From an uncultured Rivularia sp. (GTDB taxonomy: Bacteria > Cyanobacteriota > Cyanobacteriia > Cyanobacteriales > Nostocaceae), in contig OY762007.1 of assembly GCA_963665115.1 (NCBI GenBank), forward strand, positions 8,000,001 to 8,064,000: 64,000 nucleotides of DNA, in the 5' to 3' direction. Below the pieces are notes generated by a model. That model worked only from the letters and a program-made list of their open reading frames with translations. It was not told where the DNA came from and did no database searches. Below, piece by piece: positions 1 to 10,954 of the stretch. Positions within the stretch are counted from its first letter, which is position 1, and every line of letters starts with the position of its first letter. The translations under genes were made by a program, and so were the position numbers.

Positions 1-24
1 AAGTTCGCTGGGAGTCATAGAATT

Positions 25-137
25 TTAGTTAGTAGTTAGTAGTTAGTTGTTAGTTGTTAGTTGTTAGTTGTTAGTGGTTAGGAGTTAGGAGTTAGGAGTT
101 AGTAGTTAGTAGTTAGTAGTTAGTAGTTAGAAGTTAA
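25..137. repeat. Heptameric short tandem repeat (STRR), units TTAGTAG/TTAGTTG/TTAGGAG
   Basis: About 15 consecutive 7-nt units visible directly. Confidence 0.9.
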
Positions 138-192
138 GAATTCTCTCCTTGTCTCCCCATCTCCCCATCCCCCTCTCCCCCCTCTCCCCCTT

Positions 193-1980
193 CTACCCCC
201 TCTCTCCTCTCTTCCTCAAGGAGCGCTTTGCAGATTTGGAAACAACGGGGTCTTCGTCTTGGGCAAGATGTTCTAAAATTTCTACGGGGGTGGCTGAATG
301 TCTCGCTACAAATAGTCTTTCGGTTTCGACAACGCTGGTAGAATATTCTTCTAATAATCTCTGCTGCAATTTGGGTGGGGTGTTGGGATGCTGCACTATA
401 TACCAGTCGTATCGGAAAAATTGCGTAAGTTGCTCTAACGCCGTGCTTGGAGTGTTGGGGTTTTGAGCAATAAATGAACGCAAATGCCAATCTTTGATTA
501 AAATCTCTAAAATATCTCCGGGTGTTTGAGGATTTTTGGCTACAGCTTGACGCACTTCTAACCGCCAATCTTCAGCTAGTTTTTTCAATATGTGGGGGGG
601 AGTGTTGGTATTTGTTGCCACGCCATAACGCACATCTTTGGATGTATCTTTGGCAAGCTCTTGTAAAATCCGGGATGGTGTGCGAACGTTTGAGGCAATC
701 CACGGACGTAATTCTGGGGAATTTTTTGCCCACTGAATCAGAATTGAGACTGGTGCCCAATCGTGCTGGGCTACATATTTGCGAACAGATAGACGTTCAT
801 CTAATGCCAAACGCCACATTATTTTTTGCAAGGTAGAACTTGGAGTATTGGGATGACGCGCTAATAACAAGTCGTGAAACGGAGTACTGCCTAATATTTC
901 CAAGACGTAACCGGGAGTATTGACATTCCTGGCTACAGCAGCCTGTATATCTCCTCGGGCATCCATTGCCAATTCTTCAAGAACTTCTGGAGGCGTACCG
1001 GGATTTTCAGCAACAAACTGCCGCAATTCCAAGTTTTTTGCCGCTTCTACTAGTAAATGTGGTGGTGTATTCGGATGCCTTGCCACCATTTGACGCACCC
1101 GTTTGTTCGGATGCTCTGCCATTTCCTCTAACCAAAGAAGAGGGATATGAGGATTTTGAGGCAAAAAATTCATCGTATGTACCCGATAATCCATTGCCAA
1201 TTCGATTATCAGATGCTTGGTTAAATCGGAACGTTTAGCGATCGCACTTTTAACTTTGGTATATGGAACTTTTATCAAAGCTTCAAGAACATTTAGCGGT
1301 GTGTTGGGATTTTTGGCAATATTTGTTTCAATAGCTACCCTCAAATTCCAATTTGGCTCTGGATGTTCGACTAAAATTTGCAAAACTTTAACAGGAGTTT
1401 TCAGGTATGTAGCCAGATGCAAGCGAACTGAACCCGCACTATGTTCGGCTAACTTTTCTAAAACTGTTTGCGATACATCTTTACGTTGTGCAATACACAA
1501 ACCCAATTCTGGATCGTACCTACTCTTAATTGCCAGTTGAACCAAAATATGTTCCGAAGCTTGTTTATGTTTAGCTACAGCTTCCATTACCAAGGAATTG
1601 GGATGCATTGCGGCACAAGCCAAAAACCATTCCGGCGCATCATCCTGTTTTAACAGTTTTAATAAAGTCCAATATGATATATCTGTTGCTAAATTCGGAT
1701 TTTCTAACATTAATAAAGACAAAACCGGATTTGAGAAAAATTGACGAGGAAAATCCCCCGCTAATTTCAGCAGTACATCTGTTGGTGTATTCGGATTTGT
1801 AGTTACATTTTCGCGGGTAGCCTTATCTTCACTTGATGCCAACTCCCGCAATAATTCCGGTTCCGCACTCGGATTCATCGCCACTAATGAAGCAAGTTCT
1901 ATACTTTCATAAGCAAGAATTCTCAGCTTATCCGGTGGAGTAGTTTCGTCAGCTGCAAGTTGTTCTGGGGTTGGATACAT
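193..1980 (-). CDS. Leucine-rich repeat variant (LRV)/HEAT-like repeat protein
   Basis: 595-aa ORF with many ~24-aa repeats of the type VAxNPNTPxxxLxxLAxDxxxxVR. Confidence 0.85.
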   Translation of the reverse strand: MYPTPEQLAADETTPPDKLRILAYESIELASLVAMNPSAEPELLRELASSEDKATRENVTTNPNTPTDVLLKLAGDFPRQFFSNPVLSLLMLENPNLATDISYWTLLKLLKQDDAPEWFLACAAMHPNSLVMEAVAKHKQASEHILVQLAIKSRYDPELGLCIAQRKDVSQTVLEKLAEHSAGSVRLHLATYLKTPVKVLQILVEHPEPNWNLRVAIETNIAKNPNTPLNVLEALIKVPYTKVKSAIAKRSDLTKHLIIELAMDYRVHTMNFLPQNPHIPLLWLEEMAEHPNKRVRQMVARHPNTPPHLLVEAAKNLELRQFVAENPGTPPEVLEELAMDARGDIQAAVARNVNTPGYVLEILGSTPFHDLLLARHPNTPSSTLQKIMWRLALDERLSVRKYVAQHDWAPVSILIQWAKNSPELRPWIASNVRTPSRILQELAKDTSKDVRYGVATNTNTPPHILKKLAEDWRLEVRQAVAKNPQTPGDILEILIKDWHLRSFIAQNPNTPSTALEQLTQFFRYDWYIVQHPNTPPKLQQRLLEEYSTSVVETERLFVARHSATPVEILEHLAQDEDPVVSKSAKRSLRKRGERG

Positions 1981-2374
1981 AAGCGCTAACCTAACTCTTG
2001 CTTAGATGTATTATTTTATTCTGTTATTTATAGTATTTTCTAGTAAAAAAGCTACATTTTTTGGCTTAGTAGTAAATTACCTTGACAATTAATAATTAAG
2101 AGTTATTTAAACTACTTTATAAAATATTTAATTGTCTAAATACATAGTAAAATACACTTATTATGGTGAATATAAAGTGTAATGACAACTGCTCAAAATT
2201 TATATATATGAAATTATAACTAAAATTCAGCAGCATCAATTTGACAATACATTGCCGGATACAAGGTATTTATAAATACTTCTATAATTGAGTAATAAAA
2301 TGAAAAATATTTGTAGCTTTTTTACTCAGAAATCTTTAAATAAATAAGTCAACCTAGCTTGATAAAATCGGTGA

Positions 2375-3184
2375 ATGTTTGACAATATCTGTAAATTTTT
2401 AGCAGAAAACTTTTCTAGAGACTTTGCTAATTGGCTATTGGGAGAACCCATAACCTTAACCGAACTTAGTCCGAAAGAGCTTTCACTCGAACCCATTCGA
2501 GCCGATGCCTTGATACTGCTACAGTCTGATGAAAAAATCCTGCACATAGAGTTCCAAACCCAACCAGATCCCAAAATTCCTTTCCGAACAATAGATTACC
2601 GTATCCGGGGTTATCGCCGCTTTCCCCAAAAGGAAATGCATCAAGTTGTGATTTACCTCAATCGCACAAATTCAGAATTGGTTTATCAAAACACATTTTC
2701 GTTGACTCGCACCCGTCATGAATTTGAAATCATTCGATTGTGGGAACAACCAGCCGAAGTTTTTCTAGAAAACCCCGGTTTACTACCATTCGCCGTATTG
2801 AGCAGTACTCCAAACCCCGAACAGATACTCAACCAAGTTGCCAGCGAGATAAACGAAATTTCCGACAACCGCACTCAAAGCAACGTTGCTGCATCCACCG
2901 CGATTTTAGCTGGTTTAGTATTGAAGAAAGACTTGATAAGAAGAATTTTGAGGTCAGATATTATGCGCGAATCACCAATTTATCAAGAAATCTTGCAAGA
3001 AGGAGAAGAAAAAGGTAGAGCAGAAGGTAAAGCCGAAGGTAGAGCCGAAGGTAGAACAGAAACTTTACAACAAGTCGCGATTGATCTACTTAGCACTGGT
3101 ATGGCTTTAGAAGATATATCAAGAGTAACTGGGTTATCAATTGAAGAGTTGCGGGTTTTGCAAAGGGAACAAAGCGAGCAGTAA
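2375..3184 (+). CDS. Rpn family recombination-promoting nuclease/putative transposase (PD-(D/E)XK)
   Basis: MFDNICKFLAE start, IRADALILL..ILHIEFQT nuclease motif, C-terminal MRESPIYQEI..EGRAEG repeats and short HTH-like tail. Confidence 0.85.
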   Translation: MFDNICKFLAENFSRDFANWLLGEPITLTELSPKELSLEPIRADALILLQSDEKILHIEFQTQPDPKIPFRTIDYRIRGYRRFPQKEMHQVVIYLNRTNSELVYQNTFSLTRTRHEFEIIRLWEQPAEVFLENPGLLPFAVLSSTPNPEQILNQVASEINEISDNRTQSNVAASTAILAGLVLKKDLIRRILRSDIMRESPIYQEILQEGEEKGRAEGKAEGRAEGRTETLQQVAIDLLSTGMALEDISRVTGLSIEELRVLQREQSEQ

Positions 3185-3192
3185 CCCTTAAC

Positions 3193-3220
3193 CTGGTTCC
3201 CAGGTTGAGCCTGGGAACTA
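3193..3220. repeat. Short palindromic dispersed repeat / possible terminator GTTCCCAGG-TTGAG-CCTGGGAAC
   Basis: Perfect 9-bp inverted repeat just after the Rpn stop codon. Confidence 0.55.
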
Positions 3221-4038
3221 GCTTTTACAGGTTCTGCCTCCGATTATTACAATTGGTGCAAAATGTGAAATAAATCAGTCTTAAAGTAGGGATTTGAAAA
3301 GAAGCGGAAGAAGAATTTTGATTATCTATTTTTTCCTATTAGCTATCAGCAAACCTACACCAATAAATAATAAGGTTGCTGCAATGCTCAAAGCCAAAGA
3401 AGCGTAAAACGGATGTGGTGGTTTAGTTAAAGATAAATTGAAGTCTACAGGTTGGTTGATTTTATCGATATGCTGCACAACCACACCAGAAATAATTGCA
3501 CCACCACCAAAGCCGATACCGAGTATTTGTATTGTGTTATTGAGATTGCGTTCAGCCTCAAGGCTGCGTCTATCGCGTTTTGTTTGTTCGATTTCCACAA
3601 TACCGCGAATTGAATCAATTAGTTGCTCAAATAGTCTTTAAGCGGGTGTAAGATAAGCTAAATCTGTATTGATTTGTTCGATATAGGTATCTTTAGCTAA
3701 TTCTAGGAAGCTTGATAAAAATTCTAAGTCATCTTGTATGCAAATTGCTTTGATTTTGTCAAGATGTAACTTGTAATTTCTTGTATTAGCTTTAATAGTA
3801 TTTCTGTGTAATTCTAAATCTTTTAAATAGCTAGCATAGTTAAAGGAAATTTCGGGTATTTCATTTAGCCATTGATTAAATTCTTTCAGCTTATCATCAA
3901 CAGATTTATCTTTGACTTGATTGAATTGATTTACTTTATCTTCTAAAAGGCTGTACTTTTTTCTAGCTTGTTGATAACACCGACGAGATTGAGAATAAGC
4001 GTAAATAATTTTACTACGACAGTTTAAAAGATCGATTA

Positions 4039-5211
4039 AGTAAGTCGGCGGAAAAAAATATAGCTATGTAACGAAAGGTTAAGATGAAGTATTTGAGTAA
4101 AATTTAACACGTTCTGTTTTATAAGCTCCTTTCTCCCCTCTGGCTTCAACCCCATTCATTACAGCGTAGGCAAGGTCTAGTTCATCATCAAACATTTGAC
4201 CAGATAATTCATCCTTTTTGATATGCTGCCACTCAAGTTCAATTGGATTCATTTCTGAGCAGTACTTAGGTAAAAAGAATATATACAAGCCTTGTTTTTC
4301 CCATTTTGACCATAATTGCTGTACTTCTCGGCATCGATGTATCGATCCGTTGTCTTGTACGACTACTTTAGTACGCCCAGTTTTTTCGGCATTAGCAGCT
4401 TCATGTTCCATCATTTGAATGTAAGCTTTACGGTCAACACCGCCTATTACCAAACCGTAGACAAAGCTGATTAGAGGTTGAAAAAAACCAATAATGCTCA
4501 ATCTGCGTCCACGACGTTTTGTTTGTTCTAAATGTTTTTGCTCACCTTTGAAGTAGTAAGTATAGCCGGGTTCACTCCACATACAAAACCCTGACTCATC
4601 CAAATACTTTAAATCTATTTCTCCGCAAGCCGCAGATAATTGCAGCATATCTAAGTCTGCTTGCTTTATTTCGCGAATTTGCGAGTCTTGTTTGTTTTTA
4701 TGGCTTTTTCTTGTTCTTTTCCAAATGACCCCCTTTTTTTGAGTACCCGACTTAATCTATCAGGACTCAGTTTCACATGGCGATCGCTTTCTAATTTTTC
4801 GGCTAGTTGATGACTGTTGTATGTACGTGGCTCATTTCTCAAACAATATAGCCAAAAACACAATATCGTCTTCAGTCCACTTCGGTTTTAGACCACGACC
4901 TTTTGACTCCCAAAGCCCTTCCAATCCTTCTTTTCGCCATCTATGTAAAACATCTCTAACTGTTTGTATAGTCCAATTAAAATGATTTGCTATTTTTTCT
5001 ACATACCACCCATGTGCATTTAATCTAATCGCTTCTGCTCTATCTTTTACTTTCTGCGGTACATCCGCAGTTTTCAAACTCACTAAACTTCGCTCTTGCG
5101 AGGAAGTGAGGAATACCCTTAAACGAGCGCCCATATAAAAGTTACCTAAATAGATGCATTATCCGTATTTACCTATCTTTACATAGTTTGGTTTATTTAC
5201 GCCGACTTACT
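4039..5211 (-). mobile_element. IS630-family insertion sequence (~1.17 kb)
   Basis: Imperfect terminal IRs AGTAAGTCGGCG..CTATGTAA, TA duplication at 4037-4038 and 5212-5213, HTH ORF plus DDE ORF (YLDESGF, QDNGSIH, SEMNPIE). Confidence 0.93.
4079..5134 (-). pseudogene. IS630 transposase split into three frames
   Basis: ORFs 4832..5134, 4666..4863, 4079..4648; slippery A7G5 run (4729-4740, minus strand) fits a programmed -1 frameshift; a further frameshift near 4846-4853 is probably inactivating. Confidence 0.8.
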
Positions 5212-5961
5212 TAAAGGATAATAGTATTCTCCAGTATTTTCTAAATGGGTAGTTTCTTGATTTGCGTTCAACCAAATTAAAATATGACACTGATTTTCAG
5301 GAGAATCAGCATTGTTGTTATATTCAAATATCGGACTATTTAATAATTTACCTTTGCTCTGAAATGAAATATTTAATTTATTGAATTCGGCTTCAGAGAT
5401 TAAAGCTTTTACACAACTATCGGCAAAAGCTTTTTTATCATAAATTTTTTCTACAGGTTGAGCAAAGAATACTAAAGTTTGTCCGAGGGAAGCATTTATA
5501 TTATTTGGAAGTAAGCAATTATCTTGATTTAATCCTTTTAGATCGGTAAGTTGTACTTTTGGATGTGGATAACGAAAAGTTAGATCGAGAGCGAAAATAT
5601 CGTGAATTTGTAAACGGTTAATTTCTCCGCTTAAATGGAGATTATTTTTATGCTTAATAGCTGTAAAGTCTAGATTATTTTGATCTAATATTTGTTTCTC
5701 TTTAGGTATTGATAAATTTTCCAGTTTAGGAATACCTAATTTTTTACCAATTTCTTGACATTTGTGCCATAGATGATTGGCATCTTCGACTGGTTTTTCA
5801 GAACCTTGAGCTAAATTATGGCGTAAATGAAAAGCGTAGAGCGTGAGTTTTGGATAATCTACTTTTGCTGTTGAATAATCCATTATAGAATAATTTTTTA
5901 TTATTAACCATAACCGCCTTGGTATGCAATTCCAAGTCTAATAGCAGAAGTCCATTGAAAC

Positions 5962-6140
5962 TGATATCTTGCACCAATTGCAATAACCGCCTGGGAATTT
6001 ATTCCAAGGCTCATATACAAAGTCTGATAAATCAGACTGAATAAGGCATAAGGTGCGTTTTTAACGTGCTTTGTATATTAGCCGATGATTTTAATTTCAA
6101 GGCTAGTTTGGGAGCTTGTTGAGATTGGCGCAAGATGTGA
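5962..6140. mobile_element. MITE-like element with (CA/TA)TCTTGCACCAAT ends nested among hairpin repeats
   Basis: TATCTTGCACCAAT at ~5965 and ATTGGCGCAAGATGTGA at ~6124-6140; same end sequence at ~3252 and ~60065. Confidence 0.55.
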
Positions 6141-6234
6141 ATTGAAATCGACTAATAATTTTTCAGTCTTATTTATAAGACTTTTGCTATTAGCCTGCGG
6201 TTTGCAACCGTAGGTGGATTAACGGGCTTACAAA

Positions 6235-6588
6235 TCAACTTTTGTCGTTCTTCTTATCATCATCCGATTTAGTAGCTGAACTTTGTTGAATAGCATTAAT
6301 TAAAGTTCTTTTATCGTGTTCATATTTAGGAATATTAGAATTAGCTTTAGTGCTTCCAGGCGCTCTTTCTGTGACATTACCTTCAAGCTCAGCTAAAGCA
6401 TCATCGACTTGCGGATGTTTCTCACACCAATCTGAAATCGCATTAGAAAGAGATTGAATATCATCAGATTGAGAATTCACTAATTGAACTAATTCAGTCT
6501 TTTCTTCTTTTGAAAATAACTCAGGCTGAGTTTTGAGCAAATGGATAAAATTGTTAACCGTGACTTCATAATCAGACATAATATTCAT
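6235..6588 (-). CDS. Small acidic helical hypothetical protein, coupled to the TPR-CHAT gene
   Basis: AGGAG overlaps the CHAT stop codon ahead of ATG at 6588 (alternative start 6579). Confidence 0.75.
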   Translation of the reverse strand: MNIMSDYEVTVNNFIHLLKTQPELFSKEEKTELVQLVNSQSDDIQSLSNAISDWCEKHPQVDDALAELEGNVTERAPGSTKANSNIPKYEHDKRTLINAIQQSSATKSDDDKKNDKS

Positions 6589-6595
6589 AATTCTC

Positions 6596-9259
6596 CTATT
6601 TCCCAACAGCGGTAAATGCAGCCCAATGAAAAGGCGAGTTAAATGGTTTTTCTACAGTTTTATTTCTAAGCTGACGACGTATTTTTCCTTTCTTTGTACT
6701 ATCTAAAGGTAAATTACTCGCCCATTCCTGTAAATCTTCCTTCGTCGCATCTCTCAGCCAAGTTTGCGCTTGATTTAAAGCAACAGGTACGGAAATATCT
6801 TCTACATCCTTTAGAATTTGAATAAATTTAATCATCAAAAAAGACGTTGATAAATCGTTTACCGTCCATAAACTACTGACTACGCTAGAACTACCAGCAT
6901 ATAAGAAACCGCTGGGTAAACCAATATATTCATCGCTGGTATTTTGGAAATCAATTAAGCCAGTTTCGCAAGCAGAAAGGACGACAAGACGACATTGATT
7001 GAGGTTGAAATTTCGTTCAAATAAATTACCTAAAGTTAGGCATTTACTTAAATCTAATTTTTTATTCTTAACTGCACCTGCTAAGAGTAAACAAGAATCT
7101 TGAGGGGAGCTTAAGTTAAATGTACCGTGACAGGAAAAATGGAGATAATTCGTCTGTTGAATTTGGGATGAAGCTTGAGATAAAGCGGTTTGAGTTGCTT
7201 GTTTTTTAGATAATACTTCTTTGTCAGTAAATAACGATGAAATAGTTTCTACTTCTAAATCGGTGTATTGTAAATCTTCTGTAGGGTTTTGAATAGCAAA
7301 TAGGGATTTTAAATTAGAGTGTTGTCTTAAGTTTACTTGTTGTAAAAGTTGACAACTGGGAGCATAACTTACACAGTCTGAGAATTTATCACATAAGAAA
7401 CCACCATCAGCTAAAGGTAATGCGTGAAGTGGGAATAAGTGTAGGTAGCGATGGGGAATAAGAATTAGATGAGAACAAGTTTGTGGTATTAGCTTGATAA
7501 TTTCTTCTATATGTAAGATTTCAGCAAGTTGAGTAAGACGAGAAGGGAGATTGTTTATCCACTCGGCTTTATTACTGTAATATGCATCCAAATAATTGAA
7601 ATTCCAATTGGTAAAAGCTTTTAAATTATCAGTGGATGTAGATGAGTTAAATCTTTGAAGATTATCAGAGGTAATAATAAAAGTCTCTAAACCTGCCTTA
7701 GTAATATACCACTCAATAATGGCTGTATTTTTGTCTAAAGTTGCTTGAAATTTATTAATTTTGAAACCAGAAGCAACTGGTAAATACTCATCTTCTAAAC
7801 TCTTTTTCTGTTGTCGTAATTCCTGAAGATGTTGAGCTAAAGCTGTAGCATTTTCAGCAGTACCATTTTGAATTTTATATTGTCCCGTAGCTATTTCATC
7901 TCGGAGTTGTTCTAGTTGCGTAAAAACTTCTGGAGGGAAAATGGCTTTAGAATCGCGATCAAGAATAAGTTCAACCAAATTACGGGTTTTACTGCGTTCG
8001 ATATATTCAACTGCTTGACTATCTTCTTGCAATTCCAAACAAACTTCTACCATACTGCGATAAAGTCCATTCCACTTTTCCGCTTGCTTGCGCTTGCTTT
8101 CTTCACCGGATATAATTTCACATCGCAATAACTCTACCGTCGCAATGGCTGATTCATAGGTATTGTAAGCAGAATTAAATCTACCTTCGTTTTGGTAAAC
8201 CATCCCTAAATTGTCTAATGTTTCTATATGATTTTGCGGAAAAGCCTCGCAGGTTCTAACTTTTAAAGCATAATTAAAGCAATCAATGGCTTTTTCAATG
8301 TTCTGAGATTTCTCTCCTTTGATTCTTTTATAATAAGCAATGCCTAAATTGTTTTGCGTTTGTGCCCAATCTTGAGGTAAAGTTTCGCGGGTTCTAACTT
8401 GCAATGCAGCTTGGAATGAAGAAATGGCATTTTCAATATTGTCGGCTTTATCTCCCTTGATCCTATTACTATAAGCAGTACCTAAATTATTTTGTGTCAT
8501 AGCCCAATCTTGAGGAAAATCATCGCAAATTCTAACTTGCAAAGCGGCTTTATAGGCTTTTATAGCCTCTTCAATATTATCGGCTTTGTTTCCGTTTATT
8601 CTGTCACCGTAAGCATTGCCTAAATTATTTTGCGTAGCGGACCAATATTGGCGAAAAGCTTGATATGTGTAGACTAGCAAAGCAGCTTTATAGGCTTTTA
8701 TCGCATTTTCAATATTGTGAGCTTTATTTCCATTTATTCTTTCCCTATAAGCATTACCTAAATTGTTTTGCGTCATTGCCCAATCTAAAGGAAAATCTTC
8801 ATAGGTTCTGACTTGCAAAGCAGCTTGATAAGCATTGATCGCATTTTCGATATTCTCCGCTCTATCTCCCACAATTCTGTCATAGTAAGCACCACCTAGA
8901 TTATTTTGTGTCTGTGCCCAATCTTGAGGGAAAGTTTCACGGGTATAGACTCGCAGAACTATCTGATAACAAGCGATTGCAATTTCTATGTTGCTAGCTT
9001 TACTACCCAAAGGAAATTCCTGAATCCGATTGCCAAAATTTCCAATATTTGCTGCGATACAATCTCTTAAATTTACTGGTACTTCTTCCAATGCACTTGT
9101 CGGCCAATATCGCAATACGTTAGCCAAATTATTATTAAGCTTATCTGTATTTGCTGCGAATAACGGATAAACAACCTCCGCATTGCCGTTGCTTTCTGAG
9201 ATTGCTTGCAAAATTTCCATCAAAACTTGGAAATAAGCATCCCGTGGCTGTTCGTTCAT
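6596..9259 (-). CDS. TPR-repeat CHAT-domain (caspase-like) protease
   Basis: Multiple WAxTQNNLGxAY TPR units; CHAT dyad motifs HFSCHG and VLSACETG; C-terminal PFHWAAF. Confidence 0.93.
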   Translation of the reverse strand: MNEQPRDAYFQVLMEILQAISESNGNAEVVYPLFAANTDKLNNNLANVLRYWPTSALEEVPVNLRDCIAANIGNFGNRIQEFPLGSKASNIEIAIACYQIVLRVYTRETFPQDWAQTQNNLGGAYYDRIVGDRAENIENAINAYQAALQVRTYEDFPLDWAMTQNNLGNAYRERINGNKAHNIENAIKAYKAALLVYTYQAFRQYWSATQNNLGNAYGDRINGNKADNIEEAIKAYKAALQVRICDDFPQDWAMTQNNLGTAYSNRIKGDKADNIENAISSFQAALQVRTRETLPQDWAQTQNNLGIAYYKRIKGEKSQNIEKAIDCFNYALKVRTCEAFPQNHIETLDNLGMVYQNEGRFNSAYNTYESAIATVELLRCEIISGEESKRKQAEKWNGLYRSMVEVCLELQEDSQAVEYIERSKTRNLVELILDRDSKAIFPPEVFTQLEQLRDEIATGQYKIQNGTAENATALAQHLQELRQQKKSLEDEYLPVASGFKINKFQATLDKNTAIIEWYITKAGLETFIITSDNLQRFNSSTSTDNLKAFTNWNFNYLDAYYSNKAEWINNLPSRLTQLAEILHIEEIIKLIPQTCSHLILIPHRYLHLFPLHALPLADGGFLCDKFSDCVSYAPSCQLLQQVNLRQHSNLKSLFAIQNPTEDLQYTDLEVETISSLFTDKEVLSKKQATQTALSQASSQIQQTNYLHFSCHGTFNLSSPQDSCLLLAGAVKNKKLDLSKCLTLGNLFERNFNLNQCRLVVLSACETGLIDFQNTSDEYIGLPSGFLYAGSSSVVSSLWTVNDLSTSFLMIKFIQILKDVEDISVPVALNQAQTWLRDATKEDLQEWASNLPLDSTKKGKIRRQLRNKTVEKPFNSPFHWAAFTAVGK

Positions 9260-9438
9260 AAAACCGCATCTAAATCATATCTTTATAAAGCTTCAGTATA
9301 ATTGCTGAGATTTTCGCAAGAATCCCAAATTTATCAAAACTCTTCCTCTGCGCCCTCCGCGTCTCGGCAGTTAATCAATCTTATTTACCAAACGCAATAA
9401 AAACCTAAACAATAAAATAAACCACTAAAAAAACAACT

Positions 9439-10953
9439 ATGACATTCCGCGAAGAGTTTAAATTACTACTACGCGCTCGCTATTCTTTAATTTATATTCC
9501 TACTCAGGAAGAAGAGCGTCTAGAAGCCGTAATCCGGGAAGAAGCTACTAAACAAGGCAATCGTCAGGTATACACTTGGGATTTTGTTGACGGTTATCAA
9601 GGTAATCCTAACGATGCCGGTTTCGGCAGACGCAATCCTCTACAAGCTTTGGAATTTGTAGAAAAATTACACGCTTCCGCACCTGCTATATTAATTCTCC
9701 GGGATTTTCATAGATTTTTGGATGATGTGGCAATTTCTCGCAAACTCCGCAATTTAGCGCGTTTATTAAAATCGCAACCAAAAAATATTGTCATACTTTC
9801 ACCGCGTGTTGCTATTCCCGATGATTTAACCGAAGTGTTGACGGTGGTAGAGTTCGCTTTACCTAGCGCTACAGAAATACAAACCGAAATTGAAAGACTA
9901 TTAGCCGACACTAATAATTCTCTGCCAAATCAAGTTTTAAATGAATTAGTTCGTTCCGCTCAAGGCTTGAGTATGGAAAGGATTCGCCGCGTTTTGTCAA
10001 GGGCGATCGCCGCACGTGGAGAATTACAAGCGGAAGATGTGGAGTTAGTTTTACAGGAAAAGCGTCAAACCATCCGTCAAACTCAAATCCTCGATTTTAT
10101 CCCGGCTACAGAACAAATTTCCGATATCGGCGGATTGGATAATCTCAAAGATTGGTTATTAAGAAGAGGTGGTGGCTTCAGCGAAAAAGCCAGACAATAC
10201 GGTTTACCACATCCGAGGGGTTTGCTGTTGGTAGGAATTCAAGGCACTGGTAAATCATTAACCGCAAAGGCGATCGCTCATCACTGGCATTTACCTTTAT
10301 TACGCTTGGATGTGGGAAGATTATTTGGCGGCTTAGTAGGTGAATCGGAATCGCGTACTCGTCAAATGATACAGGTATCCGAAGCGCTGGCTCCTTGTAT
10401 CCTATGGATAGATGAAATAGACAAAGCGTTTTCCGGACTCGGTAGCAAAGGCGACGGTGGAACCACTAGCCGAGTATTTGGTACATTTATTACTTGGATG
10501 GCGGAAAAAACTTCACCCGTTTTTGTAGTTGCTACCGCGAATGAAATTCAAGAATTACCACCGGAATTATTGCGTAAAGGTAGATTCGATGAAATATTCT
10601 TCGTCGGCTTACCAATTCAAGAAGAAAGAAAAGCCATTTTCAACGTACACTTATCGCGATTGCGTCCTCACAATATCAAAGAATACGATATTGATAGATT
10701 AGCCTACGAAACACCCGATTTTTCCGGTGCAGAAATTGAGCAAACGTTAATTGAAGCAATGCACATTGGTTTTAGCCAAAATCGCGATTTTACTACAGAC
10801 GATATTTTAGGAGCTGCGAGTCAAATTATACCTTTAGCCAGAACCGCTCAAGAAAAAATCGAGCAACTGCGTCAATGGGCTGCTTCCGGAAGGGCGCGTC
10901 TTGCATCCAAACATAATCCTTTGAGTGACAGGATTCAACAACAGTTGCAGTAA
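9439..10953 (+). CDS. ycf46: Ycf46-family AAA+ ATPase
   Basis: Walker A GIQGTGKS, Walker B WIDEIDK, LLRKGRFDEIFF, IGGLDNLKDWL. Confidence 0.88.
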   Translation: MTFREEFKLLLRARYSLIYIPTQEEERLEAVIREEATKQGNRQVYTWDFVDGYQGNPNDAGFGRRNPLQALEFVEKLHASAPAILILRDFHRFLDDVAISRKLRNLARLLKSQPKNIVILSPRVAIPDDLTEVLTVVEFALPSATEIQTEIERLLADTNNSLPNQVLNELVRSAQGLSMERIRRVLSRAIAARGELQAEDVELVLQEKRQTIRQTQILDFIPATEQISDIGGLDNLKDWLLRRGGGFSEKARQYGLPHPRGLLLVGIQGTGKSLTAKAIAHHWHLPLLRLDVGRLFGGLVGESESRTRQMIQVSEALAPCILWIDEIDKAFSGLGSKGDGGTTSRVFGTFITWMAEKTSPVFVVATANEIQELPPELLRKGRFDEIFFVGLPIQEERKAIFNVHLSRLRPHNIKEYDIDRLAYETPDFSGAEIEQTLIEAMHIGFSQNRDFTTDDILGAASQIIPLARTAQEKIEQLRQWAASGRARLASKHNPLSDRIQQQLQ

Positions 10954-10954
10954 G

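Larger units (their letters stand above)
3326..5883 (-). pseudogene. Hypothetical ~460-aa protein with two C-terminal hydrophobic helices, interrupted by IS630 and by a TAA codon
   Basis: Removing the IS and one TA joins ...EYYYPL (5220-5212) in frame to IDLLNCRSKIIYAY... (from 4036); in-frame TAA at 3640-3638; frame then continues into ORF 3326..3598. Confidence 0.85.

Noticed and set aside
134..1802. Short ORFs overlapping the LRV gene, and similar shadow ORFs throughout the track
   Set aside because: Antisense or alternate-frame shadows of well-supported genes with no independent motifs
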